From Betaproteobacteria bacterium (GTDB lineage: Bacteria > Pseudomonadota > Gammaproteobacteria > Burkholderiales > SG8-41): a stretch of DNA of 44,657 nucleotides. Below, piece after piece: positions 34,441 through 43,314 of this stretch (positions are counted from its first letter, which is position 1; each line of letters opens with the position of its first letter). The stretch covers positions 1 through 44,657 of the forward strand of contig JACQOI010000216.1 of NCBI GenBank assembly GCA_016202615.1, written 5' to 3'. The notes under the pieces are model-generated. The model made no database searches, was not told where the DNA came from, and worked only from the letters and a program-made list of their open reading frames with translations. The translations under genes and the position numbers were made by a program.

Positions 34441-35149
34441 GTTTTGCACGCGCCTTCATCAGGTGCTCAACGATCATGAAATCCAATTCCGAATCGATGT
34501 CCACGGAGCGCTCCTCCGGCATTACGTAGAGCAGTGTATCCGGATTGAACAACGTGTCGCTGCCGAACAGCGACTGGCGGTGCCATACATAGATTGAAGC
34601 GTTCATATCGTAGCAGGCCGGGGCGTCCTGGCGTCGGGCAATCGGTCGTGGCGACGGTTTTGACAGCCGCGCGATGCCGTCCTGCCCGACTTCGACCAGG
34701 TTGAAATAGGGCGATCGCCGCGCAGGAGCTCCCGTAATGACGTTCGAAACGCGGCGGTCTTCAAGCATTGCGGTGGCGTTGACAATGTCCTGCGGTTCGC
34801 GCAGCGGTGAGGTCGCATCGAGATCAACGACGGTATCAAAGTTGTGCCCGGCAAGGCGCTCTGTCTCGGTCACGCAATGCCGGATCGCGGGCAGTTTGGG
34901 CGCCGTGTCGCTTGCCAGTTCGGCCGGCCGCTCGATCAGGTGATCGGCGCCGTAATTACGCGCAGCGGCCAGGATTTCAGACGAATCGCTGCTCACCGCG
35001 ATGGCGTCGAACAGGCCACTGGCGCGCGCCTGTTCGAGGCTGTGAGCAAGCAGCGGTCTGCCGAGCAGCGGGCGCAGATTCTTGTTTGGCACGCCCTTGG
35101 ATCCGCCGCGAGCACAGAGGGTGCAGAGCCGTTTCACGGCGTCACCCAT
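34433..35149 (-). CDS. legF: Acylneuraminate/nonulosonate cytidylyltransferase (CMP-legionaminic acid synthetase candidate), 238 aa
   Basis: CARGGSKGVPNKNLRPLLGRPLLAHSL is the CTP_transf_3 (NeuA) N-terminal signature; also DATSPLR. Sits in an operon with leg genes. The symbol could equally be neuA. Confidence 0.8.
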   Translation of the reverse strand: MGDAVKRLCTLCARGGSKGVPNKNLRPLLGRPLLAHSLEQARASGLFDAIAVSSDSSEILAAARNYGADHLIERPAELASDTAPKLPAIRHCVTETERLAGHNFDTVVDLDATSPLREPQDIVNATAMLEDRRVSNVITGAPARRSPYFNLVEVGQDGIARLSKPSPRPIARRQDAPACYDMNASIYVWHRQSLFGSDTLFNPDTLLYVMPEERSVDIDSELDFMIVEHLMKARAKHA

Positions 35150-35186
35150 GTTGCGTCCTCAATCGAAGGCCTCACGTCGATCTGCA

Positions 35187-37310
35187 TCAGTGGGCCAGGG
35201 TATAGCGCGTATAGCGGTCCACATCGGTATCGGCGAACAGCTCTTCGGTGCCGTCGGCGCCCTCCACGTTCCGAAACAGGCTTTCCAGGTTGCTGATGCG
35301 CGTGACGATCTTGGACAGCGCGTTGACGTCGGTGCCGTAGCGGCGGAACTGGTCTTCGCGCGTCCGCAGCTGTTCGTCCGTGTAATAAAACCGGTATGCC
35401 CTGGGCTGGTTAAATTGAAATGTGCTGAGCGCCGTGCCTTCCGGAGAACGCAACCAAGCGGGCACATCGTGTCTGAGAAGCAGGGTCACAGGCTCGGTAT
35501 TGCCCCTGGAATTCAGCAGTCCCTCGATACGCGCCTGGCAGAAGGCGGATATCGTATCGATTTCCGTACCCGCGACGGCGAGCGCGTCGTCCTGGAGCCG
35601 CTCCCCGGCCAACATGCGCAGCTCTGCAACCAGGTAGCGGATCCAGTCTCCGGCCTGGAAAGCAACGCTTTTCGATTTGTACTTGTAGATCAGGTTGCCG
35701 CCCACCTCACCCCGACGCAGGCGCTGGAAGTTGACCTCGTCCTTGTAATGCTCCAGCAACTCGTCTTCGGAGGCCCACAATTCCCCCTCGGTCTCGGCCA
35801 TGAAGTCGGCGTATAGGGCGCGAATTGTCTCAGGCGCCCGGGCAAGGGATTCGTAAAGCCGCCGTAGCAGGGTGGCGCGCTTGATGCCCAACGAAAGCGC
35901 GTAGCGGAACAATTCCTCGAACGGACGTCCGTTGTGGATGCTTTCCACGATCAGCGCGAAACCCCGCAAAAAAAGATAATCCGCGAATGACATGGTATTG
36001 GTCCGGACGCAGACCTCTTCATAATCAAGCACCCGCCCGCCATCATAGTCGCCGAAGTTCAGCGGCACGATACGAAACCGGCCTTCGATGCCAAAACGGC
36101 GGCGGTAGTCGGGTTCCTTGAACTCGGTGCCATTCAGCAGCATCAGCGTATAGATAGTCACCGACGACGCGCCTGACTCGATCACCGCCTCGACGCCGTT
36201 AACGAAGCTTTCACGGGTTTCGCCGGGCAGTCCGATAATCAATTCCGCCTTGGTGGAGCGGCCGGCCTCACTGAGGTGTTTGTTGATATCGATGTAGTGT
36301 TCGAGCTTGATGTTGGAACGGCGAATGTTTTCCAGGACGCCCTTGTCCATGGACTGCACCGACATGTTCACCGAGAACATCTTGCCGAGGATGCCGGTTA
36401 TTTCGATCACGCGTTCCTTGGCGTTCTTCCCGGTGGTTGCCATTACCTGGCGCGGCCAGTCAAATTTCTGCTGCGTTTCGTAAAGAGCTTCGCAGATCTC
36501 GCGATCGCGCGGAAACATCCCGAAATTGGTGTCCGCGATATGCAGGTTGGACACCTTCAATTGGGCGGCGCGGGGTGCAATGTAAAAAATTTCCTCCCGC
36601 ACCCGCTCAATGGAAAACGAATTCATCTTTTGGAAGTAATCTGCGCCGGTATGGCAGAACGAGCACCTGAACGGACACCCGCGGTTAGTCTCGATAAACG
36701 GTGTGAGTCGACCGTCGAAGAAGTGCTCCAGCATGCCGTTTAAATAGGGCGAAGGGATGACGTCCAGATTACGCAGACGTGCAGGCGCCTGCGTCTTTAC
36801 CAGAGTCGGGGAGGCCGATCCGCGCGTTGACGGTTCGATGAAGATAATGCCCTCGATGGGCGCGTCGAATACCGTCCGGCCGCCTTCGCGGGCATCGAGC
36901 ACGCGCCGGACGAGATTGGCGAACGCGACCTCGCCTTCGTACTCGATATGAGCGTCCGTCGCTGGCCGGCGCAGCAAAAACTCGATCCTCAGCGCATCAT
37001 CATGGGGGAAGTTTGTGCCGCCTTGCACCACCACCGCAGCCGGGTTCGCGGCACGCGCCGCTGCAGCGACGCGCTCCGACAGGTTCGAGTTCCATGAATA
37101 GTTCGAAAGACCCAGTATGTCCGGCGGGTCAGCCTTGATCGCGGCCAGGGCAACGGCCGGATATTTGTACAGAGAAACCCTGACCGCATCGCCGAACTGC
37201 TGCTTGGCGTAGCTGCCCACGAACCCGATGTTGATGGGGATGGTGTCAGACACCAGGATGATTGAATCATGGGTCAGATCGCACAGGCAGATCTTCAGCG
37301 GCCTGCTCAC
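35187..37310 (-). CDS. B12-binding-domain radical SAM enzyme with ~300-aa C-terminal helical extension, 707 aa
   Basis: Trimmed to the GTG at 37310-37308 (VSRPLKICLCDLTHD), which overlaps the upstream TGA (GTGA). B12-type segment PDILGLSNYSWNSNL...VVVQGGTNFP. Cluster motif NRGCPFRCSFCHTG; GLPGETRESF. G+C 33-35 per 60 nt in two hand-counted lines, versus 40 per 60 in legC. Confidence 0.85.
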   Translation of the reverse strand: MSRPLKICLCDLTHDSIILVSDTIPINIGFVGSYAKQQFGDAVRVSLYKYPAVALAAIKADPPDILGLSNYSWNSNLSERVAAAARAANPAAVVVQGGTNFPHDDALRIEFLLRRPATDAHIEYEGEVAFANLVRRVLDAREGGRTVFDAPIEGIIFIEPSTRGSASPTLVKTQAPARLRNLDVIPSPYLNGMLEHFFDGRLTPFIETNRGCPFRCSFCHTGADYFQKMNSFSIERVREEIFYIAPRAAQLKVSNLHIADTNFGMFPRDREICEALYETQQKFDWPRQVMATTGKNAKERVIEITGILGKMFSVNMSVQSMDKGVLENIRRSNIKLEHYIDINKHLSEAGRSTKAELIIGLPGETRESFVNGVEAVIESGASSVTIYTLMLLNGTEFKEPDYRRRFGIEGRFRIVPLNFGDYDGGRVLDYEEVCVRTNTMSFADYLFLRGFALIVESIHNGRPFEELFRYALSLGIKRATLLRRLYESLARAPETIRALYADFMAETEGELWASEDELLEHYKDEVNFQRLRRGEVGGNLIYKYKSKSVAFQAGDWIRYLVAELRMLAGERLQDDALAVAGTEIDTISAFCQARIEGLLNSRGNTEPVTLLLRHDVPAWLRSPEGTALSTFQFNQPRAYRFYYTDEQLRTREDQFRRYGTDVNALSKIVTRISNLESLFRNVEGADGTEELFADTDVDRYTRYTLAH

Positions 37311-38221
37311 GATTTCACCCAGCTTCCTTGAGCTGCCGCCGCTTCGATGCAATGAATAAGCTCGACGATTCGTGCTCCTTCGGTGAGAGAACAAAAGTCC
37401 GCGCGGTCTTTTGAGAGCACCGCTTCGAGCTGCAGGCGGTAGGTGGTGTCGCGCTCACAAGCGAACGGCTCTTCAACCCCGTCTCGCCACAATGCGCCGC
37501 TGACGAGGTCGGCCCGGTAACTATGCGAATCGGTATCGACCGCGATTTCGCGCCGCGGCGCCCGGTCGAGATAATTCATCTGGAGAGTCAGCATCGGGCA
37601 GCGCTCGAGTTGCATCAGGATCGCCCAGGCGTCGTCGCTATCGATGTCGAGGCTGCTGAAATGCCCGCCGAGGGCCGCCACGCGCTGCCAATTCCCGAAC
37701 AACCACAGCGCGTAATCGAGTTCGTGGCTCAAGTCGCGCAATACGCCGCCGCCCGCGTCCCGGCGCGCCGAATAGGATTGCCGGTAATCGCGCTCCGGCC
37801 GCCAGTCCGGCAAATACTGTCCGACATGGACTTGGGCCGAAATCACCTTCTCCGCGGCAAGGACGCGGCGCAAAGCCTGGATGACCGGATGAAAGCGCAA
37901 GTTGTAGGCGACGAAAATGTCCGCAAACGGCCAGTCCCGCACCGGCGCAGGCCGATCGGACAAAGGTTTCTCGACCAGCACCGTGCCGGCGTACCCGCAG
38001 TCGGCCAGGCGCTCCAGGGTCTCGATATGCCGCGATGTTTCGTTTGAGACGACGACCAGTTCGGGCCTCAGATCGGCCAGCGCGGCGTCCATCCCCGCAT
38101 AGGCAGGGTAACTGCATTCCGGATTGCGCGTTACTGCGCCAACCCGTACCCCGCGTTCGGCGAGCAGTTGCGCGTGGCGCGCCCCGATCGAACCGAAGCC
38201 GATGATTACCGCGCTTTTCAC
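37307..38221 (-). CDS. Gfo/Idh/MocA-family NAD(P)-dependent oxidoreductase, 304 aa
   Basis: MKSAVIIGFGSIGARHAQLL Rossmann N-terminus and the EKP motif (VLVEKPLS). GTG start 38221-38219 overlaps the upstream TGA (GTGA). Confidence 0.8.
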   Translation of the reverse strand: MKSAVIIGFGSIGARHAQLLAERGVRVGAVTRNPECSYPAYAGMDAALADLRPELVVVSNETSRHIETLERLADCGYAGTVLVEKPLSDRPAPVRDWPFADIFVAYNLRFHPVIQALRRVLAAEKVISAQVHVGQYLPDWRPERDYRQSYSARRDAGGGVLRDLSHELDYALWLFGNWQRVAALGGHFSSLDIDSDDAWAILMQLERCPMLTLQMNYLDRAPRREIAVDTDSHSYRADLVSGALWRDGVEEPFACERDTTYRLQLEAVLSKDRADFCSLTEGARIVELIHCIEAAAAQGSWVKS

Positions 38222-39270
38222 GGTGCGAATTTGCCTTCATATTCGTTCCGGGCGCGCTCCAGGTCGTCGATGCGGCCGATGTCGAGCCAGTATTCGCGCA
38301 GGGGAAAAACGGCCGCCTGACCGCCGCCGTCCATCACCCGGTTGAAGAGATCGGGCATGTCGATCGCGGAGGCCGCCGGCAGATAATCGAGCGCGCCCGG
38401 ATTGAGTACGTAAATGCCGGCATTGACGAAAAACTTCTGCGCCGGTTTTTCCTTGACCCCCACCAGCCGATGGCCTTCGATGCTGACCATGCCATAGGGA
38501 ATTTGCTGCTCGTATTCACGTACGCACATGGTCGCTGCCGCGTTATGGCTGGCGTGGAAATCGAGCAAGTGCTGGAAATTGATCTTCGTCAGCAAATCGC
38601 CGTTCATCACGATCAGCGGCAGCCGCGGCGCCGGTACGAGCAGCCTCAACGCGCCCGCGGTTCCGAGTTGCTGCTCTTCCTCGAGATAGCGAATCTTCAC
38701 GTTCCACTCGCTGCCGTCGCCGAAATGCTCCTTGATCATGTCGGATTTGTAGTTCACGGAAAAGTGGAACTGGCTGAAGCCGTATTCGATGAAGTTTTCG
38801 AGAATAGTTTCCAGTATCGGCTTGTCGCCGACGCGCAGCATCGGCTTCGGACATTCGTCCGTGAGCGGGCGCAGACGGCTGCCGAGGCCGCCCGCCATGA
38901 TCACGACCTGGTTCTGCCTGTTCACGGGTTGCAGCAGATCGTCCATTATCTCGACCCCGACCAGCCGGCCTTCCTCATCGAGTATCGGTATCTGATGCAG
39001 CTGCTTCTGGCGCATCATCAGCAAAATGCCGTCGCGCGACTCGTTGATGGTCGCAGTCGTCGGGCGGGGATTCATGATCGACTCGACCGGCGCTTCGAGA
39101 TTGGTCCCACGCAGGATCGCCCGCCGCACATCGCCGTCCGTCACGGTCCCGATCAGGCGTGACATGTTGTCGACGACCAGCGCGATCTGCATTGCGCTCG
39201 CATCGATCATCCGGATCGTGTCGCGGATCGTCGTCGATCCGCGCACCACGCTTTGCTTCCAGTTATGCAT
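38218..39270 (-). CDS. CBS-domain-containing sugar-phosphate nucleotidyltransferase (PtmE-like, GDP-sugar supply for the legionaminic acid pathway), 350 aa
   Basis: Trimmed to the ATG at 39270-39268 (MHNWKQSVV), an 8-nt overlap with the upstream gene. The N-terminus carries a tandem CBS-like pair (IALVVDNMSRLIGTVTDGDVRR; HQIPILDEEGRLVGV), followed by VVIMAGGLGSRLRPLTDECPKPML. Confidence 0.8.
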   Translation of the reverse strand: MHNWKQSVVRGSTTIRDTIRMIDASAMQIALVVDNMSRLIGTVTDGDVRRAILRGTNLEAPVESIMNPRPTTATINESRDGILLMMRQKQLHQIPILDEEGRLVGVEIMDDLLQPVNRQNQVVIMAGGLGSRLRPLTDECPKPMLRVGDKPILETILENFIEYGFSQFHFSVNYKSDMIKEHFGDGSEWNVKIRYLEEEQQLGTAGALRLLVPAPRLPLIVMNGDLLTKINFQHLLDFHASHNAAATMCVREYEQQIPYGMVSIEGHRLVGVKEKPAQKFFVNAGIYVLNPGALDYLPAASAIDMPDLFNRVMDGGGQAAVFPLREYWLDIGRIDDLERARNEYEGKFAP

Positions 39271-39907
39271 CGCCGCGCATTCTTCGGGCGGGGACGCCGG
39301 CGACCCAGCCGAGATCATCGACGTCGCGGCATACCACAGCGCCCGCGGCTACCAGGCAACGCCGGCCGATCCTGAGGCCCTGGATGATAGTGGCGCCGGT
39401 GCCGACATGCGTTTCATCGCCCACGGTCACGTTTGCCGACAATGTACAACCGGGGGCAATGTGAACGTGGCGCCCGATTTCGCAATCGTGGTCGACCGAT
39501 GCGCGCGTATTGATGATGGTATTGTCGCCAATATGGCTGCCGGGCTGGATTACCACTCCCGCCATTGCGTGGACACCCTCGTCGAGAACCGCATCCCGGG
39601 CGACGACCGCCATCGGATGAATCACCTGCTCAAAACCGTAGCCGAGAGCCTTGAATTTTTCAAACAGAATTTTCCGCTCGTCCATGGATTGCACCGAGCC
39701 GACCGCGTTCACCAGCCGGACTGCCGACGGTGCATAGCGCGCAAGAGCCGTGTCGTCCCCCAACACGCGATAGCCAAGCAAGGTGCGGTCGAACATATTC
39801 TGATCCTGGGTCGTGAGACCGATCACATTTTTCTCCAGCAGGCGCAGCACATCGAGCACGACCTTGGCGTGTCCCCCGCTGCCGAGCACGATAATCGGGA
39901 GTGCCAT
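39263..39907 (-). CDS. legH: NeuD/PglD-family sugar N-acetyltransferase (LegH candidate), 214 aa
   Basis: Trimmed to the ATG at 39907-39905 (MALPIIVLGSGGHAKVVLDVL), a 1-nt TAATG overlap with the upstream stop. C-terminal hexapeptide repeats (IGDNTIINTRASVDHDCEIGRHVHIAPGCTL). Confidence 0.75.
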   Translation of the reverse strand: MALPIIVLGSGGHAKVVLDVLRLLEKNVIGLTTQDQNMFDRTLLGYRVLGDDTALARYAPSAVRLVNAVGSVQSMDERKILFEKFKALGYGFEQVIHPMAVVARDAVLDEGVHAMAGVVIQPGSHIGDNTIINTRASVDHDCEIGRHVHIAPGCTLSANVTVGDETHVGTGATIIQGLRIGRRCLVAAGAVVCRDVDDLGWVAGVPARRMRGDA

Positions 39908-40986
39908 TAGCTTATTGGATCCCCTGCGCCGAAATCCCTGGGAGCGGATTTGCCAAGCCAGTCCCACAGATACATCGGCGAAATCCCGGTTCCGGGACGC
40001 CTCACACCGACGTTATCTGAGGTAAGCAGCTCTCCCTTGCGGATCGGGCGCAACGCGACAATGCTTCTGCGGGCGATCGCGATGTTCTTTGATTCGGACG
40101 GCATCGGGCGTTTGATTCCGTCGCCGAGCGCGAGGCTCACCTCTCGCACTGATTTTATCATCGCGGCGAGTTCAGCCGGCTCCAGCGATGCGCGATGATC
40201 GGGACCGGGCAGGCCGCGGTCGAGCGTAAAGTGCTTCTCGATGATGGTCGCGCCAAGCGCGGTCGCGGCTACCGGTACGGCAATACCGGGCGAATGATCG
40301 GACAATCCGACCGGCAGGCCGAAACGTTCGCGCAGGGTATGCATCGCCCGCAGGTTTACTTCCTCGAACGGCGCCGGGTACTCGGTGGTGCAATGAAGCA
40401 GCGTGACCGTCGCCTGCAGCGCAAGTCGGCCGGCATCCGAGGCGAACGCCTGGCTGAAGGCAAGGCGCGAGGGCGGTGCTGCGGGCGTCGTCAGCCCGAA
40501 CGCAATCACGCCCAGCGCCTCCTCGATTTCTTCCGGGGTGCTCATGCCGGTGGAAACGATCAGCGGCCTGCCTTGTCTTGCCGCCTCCAGCAGCAGCGGC
40601 GCATTGGTGATCTCGCCCGAGGCAAGCTTGATGCGCGGGACGCCGAGCGTACCGGCGAGGAAACGCAGGCTGTCGATATCGAACGGCGTCGACAGAAATT
40701 CGATGCCGCGCACGCTGCACTGCTCGAACAGAACCCGGTGCGACTCCGTGCCGAGCTCGAGCTTTTTCAGCATTTCGAACTGCGATTCAGCGGCGTCCGT
40801 TGCTCTTGTCTGGTACTCGGCTTTCGGTGCCCCGCGCGTGGCGAGCTGGTCGGCCTTGAAGGTCTGGAACTTGACCGCGTCGGCACCTGCGTTAGCCGCC
40901 ACCTCGACCAGTTTGCGCGCCATGTCGAACGACCCGTTGTGGTTCACCCCGGCCTCGGCGATGATGTAAACGCGCTTATCGTCCAT
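39907..40986 (-). CDS. legI: Nonulosonic acid synthase, NeuB family with C-terminal SAF domain (legionaminic acid synthase candidate), 359 aa
   Basis: VYIIAEAGVNHNGSFDMARKLVEVAANAGADAVKFQTF is the NeuB signature; also LSDHS and C-terminal SAF-like IKRPMPSE...VRRPGTGISP. Start ATG 40986 is preferred; the alternative is ATG 41001. Confidence 0.9.
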   Translation of the reverse strand: MDDKRVYIIAEAGVNHNGSFDMARKLVEVAANAGADAVKFQTFKADQLATRGAPKAEYQTRATDAAESQFEMLKKLELGTESHRVLFEQCSVRGIEFLSTPFDIDSLRFLAGTLGVPRIKLASGEITNAPLLLEAARQGRPLIVSTGMSTPEEIEEALGVIAFGLTTPAAPPSRLAFSQAFASDAGRLALQATVTLLHCTTEYPAPFEEVNLRAMHTLRERFGLPVGLSDHSPGIAVPVAATALGATIIEKHFTLDRGLPGPDHRASLEPAELAAMIKSVREVSLALGDGIKRPMPSESKNIAIARRSIVALRPIRKGELLTSDNVGVRRPGTGISPMYLWDWLGKSAPRDFGAGDPIS

Positions 40987-42139
40987 CGCTACTCGCCGCA
41001 TCGAAAAAGTGCTTCTTGATCAGCGCCGGCGGATCGTCGAACCGTTTGATCGTCGCGAGAATGCGCCGCGAGCTTTCGCCGTCGCCGTACGGATTGACTG
41101 TATTGCTGCAGTTTTTGGTGAGCGCGGTACGGATCGCGGAGCTGATCGCGCTTGTCTCGGGATCGCAATTAATAACGGAGTCGGCCATCAACCGGCCTTT
41201 TTGCCGGTCGCCGATATTGACGGTTGGTTTCCTGAACGATGGCGCCTCGTACACTCCGCTCGACGAGTTGCCGACGATCGCATCGACCTGCGCCATCAGG
41301 CTCAGATAGCGCTGCTGGCCGAGCGACGCAAAGCCTCGCGCGTGGGAACGCGTCGCGACATAGTCATCCACCATCCGGTTCAGCTCGCGGCCGCCGGTGT
41401 CGGCGTTGGATTTGGTGAAAATCAAGCTGAACTGCTCGGCCGGCAGGCCATCCAACGCGGTCAGCAACGCCTGGAACTGTGCCCCCGCAGGCTCCGCATC
41501 GAGCGTCGGTGGGTGGAAAGTAATCAGCAAATTGCGTCGCCTGAAACGCAGTCCGAGCTGCTGTTCGAGCTCCGACCGATCCAGCAGTTTAGCGCGCTTG
41601 ATGGAGTCGATTCCCGGGCTGCCGACGTTGAATACGTGATCGGGATTTTCGCCAAGTTGTATGACGCGCCGTGCGGCATCCTCGTTCGTGACGAAATGCA
41701 GGTGCGACATCTTGGTGATGCTGTGACGGATCGCCTCGTCGTAGGCGCCCTCGGTGGTATCGCCGCCGGCAATGTGGGCGACCGGAATTTTCGCGACCAG
41801 CGCGGCCTGCGCCGCGGCGAAGATCTCGAAGCGATCGCCGGGCAGCACGACGAGGTCCGGACGCAGAGTGCCGAATGCCGCGCCGAAGCCGGTCACGCCG
41901 AGCCCGATCGACTTCGCAATTCCCGCGGGCGTGTCCGACTGCAGCGTATCGATGCGCGCGTCGATCCTGAAGCCGTCGGACTCGATGGCCTGGAAGGTGA
42001 GGCCAAATTCCGGCTCGAGGTGCATGCCGGTCACGGCGAGCTGCAGTTGGCAGTCGCGATCAGCCTGGATGTCCTTCATCAGCCAGTAAAGCAAGCCGTA
42101 ATCAGCGCGGCTGCCGGTGACGACGCAGATTTTTCTCAT
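40976..42139 (-). CDS. legG: Hydrolysing NDP-N-acetylhexosamine 2-epimerase (NeuC family; LegG candidate), 387 aa
   Basis: Trimmed to the ATG at 42139-42137 (MRKICVVTGSRADYGLLYWLMK), an ATGA overlap with the upstream stop. VLPGDRFE and HIAGGDTTEG are NeuC-typical. Confidence 0.9.
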   Translation of the reverse strand: MRKICVVTGSRADYGLLYWLMKDIQADRDCQLQLAVTGMHLEPEFGLTFQAIESDGFRIDARIDTLQSDTPAGIAKSIGLGVTGFGAAFGTLRPDLVVLPGDRFEIFAAAQAALVAKIPVAHIAGGDTTEGAYDEAIRHSITKMSHLHFVTNEDAARRVIQLGENPDHVFNVGSPGIDSIKRAKLLDRSELEQQLGLRFRRRNLLITFHPPTLDAEPAGAQFQALLTALDGLPAEQFSLIFTKSNADTGGRELNRMVDDYVATRSHARGFASLGQQRYLSLMAQVDAIVGNSSSGVYEAPSFRKPTVNIGDRQKGRLMADSVINCDPETSAISSAIRTALTKNCSNTVNPYGDGESSRRILATIKRFDDPPALIKKHFFDAASSDGR

Positions 42140-43314
42140 TGCTTGCCCGCCGCGAGAAACGGGCTGCTCGGGATGTTGATCAGGCGGCGCTCGAGGTCTT
42201 CTGCCGTGTCGAGCGGCATGCGCGGGCAGCTTTGGTACATCGGCAGGCGGTGCATCAAAGTCCATACCGGGCGCGCCATGATGCCCTGCGCATTGAGAGT
42301 ATCGAGCAACTGGTCTCTGCGATCCGACACTGCCGCGTCAAGCACCAATGCGTTCAGCCAGTAGTTGCTGCGCGCATGAGGCGGCTCGGTGAAAAAGCGG
42401 ACGCCGCGGACGCCGGAAAATGCGCTGCGGTAAGCGGCGGCAAGCTCGCGCTTACGGCGCACGAACTCCGGAAGTTGCTCGAGCTGGGCGCAGCCAAGCG
42501 CGGCGTTGATGTTTGGCAGCCGGTAGTTGTAGCCGACTTCATCGTGGACGAACGACCATTTGTGCGGCAGGCGCGCGGTCGTAGTGAGGTGCCTTGCGTA
42601 TTTCGCGAGCGCATCGTCATTCGTGAGCACGGCGCCGCCGCCGCCGGTGGTAACCACCTTGTTGCCGTTGAAACTCAGCGCCGACACCCTGCCGAAGATG
42701 CCGGTATGACTGTCCTTATAGAACGATCCAAGCGACTCCGCGGCATCCTCGATGACTACCAGCTTGAAACGCGCCGCAACCTCCAGCAGGTTTTCAATTT
42801 CCATCGGATGGCCGAAGGTATGCATCGGGACCGCGGCGCGGATTGTCGCCCCGGTTTTGCGATTGACGCACGTGCCGCCACGCACCTCGGCGGTATCGCC
42901 CAGGTAGTCCGACAGCTTGGCCGGGTCAAGGCCGAGCGTTGCGTTCGCGCTGTCGGCGAAATGCGGCGTCGCGCCACAATAGCTCACGGCATTGGCGGTT
43001 GCGATGAAAGTGAGCGCAGGGATCACGACCTCTTCGCCGGGCTGTACACCGGCGAGCTTGAGGCAGACGTGCAACGCCGCCGTGCCGTTGACTACCGCGA
43101 TCGCATGCCGCGCACCCGTGTATTCGGCGAGCTGCACTTCAAAACGGTCAACGTACTTGCCGTTCGACGACACCCAGCCGGTGTCGAGGCAGTCCTTGAC
43201 GTATTCCCATTCTTTGCCGATGAACCACGGTTCGTGGAGGGCGATATTGCCCTGCTTCCCGGGCAGTACCGTCCGGAGCGCTGCGATTACGGCATCGGGA
43301 TTCGGCGCGCCCAT
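42136..43314 (-). CDS. legC: DegT-family PLP-dependent aminotransferase (LegC candidate), 392 aa
   Basis: The track start at 43317 is a TTG. The ATG at 43314-43312 shares 1 nt with the legB TGA (TGATG). NGTAALHVCLKLAG, VIEDAAESLG, and SFNGNKVVTTGGGGAV (PLP lysine). Confidence 0.85.
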   Translation of the reverse strand: MGAPNPDAVIAALRTVLPGKQGNIALHEPWFIGKEWEYVKDCLDTGWVSSNGKYVDRFEVQLAEYTGARHAIAVVNGTAALHVCLKLAGVQPGEEVVIPALTFIATANAVSYCGATPHFADSANATLGLDPAKLSDYLGDTAEVRGGTCVNRKTGATIRAAVPMHTFGHPMEIENLLEVAARFKLVVIEDAAESLGSFYKDSHTGIFGRVSALSFNGNKVVTTGGGGAVLTNDDALAKYARHLTTTARLPHKWSFVHDEVGYNYRLPNINAALGCAQLEQLPEFVRRKRELAAAYRSAFSGVRGVRFFTEPPHARSNYWLNALVLDAAVSDRRDQLLDTLNAQGIMARPVWTLMHRLPMYQSCPRMPLDTAEDLERRLINIPSSPFLAAGKQ

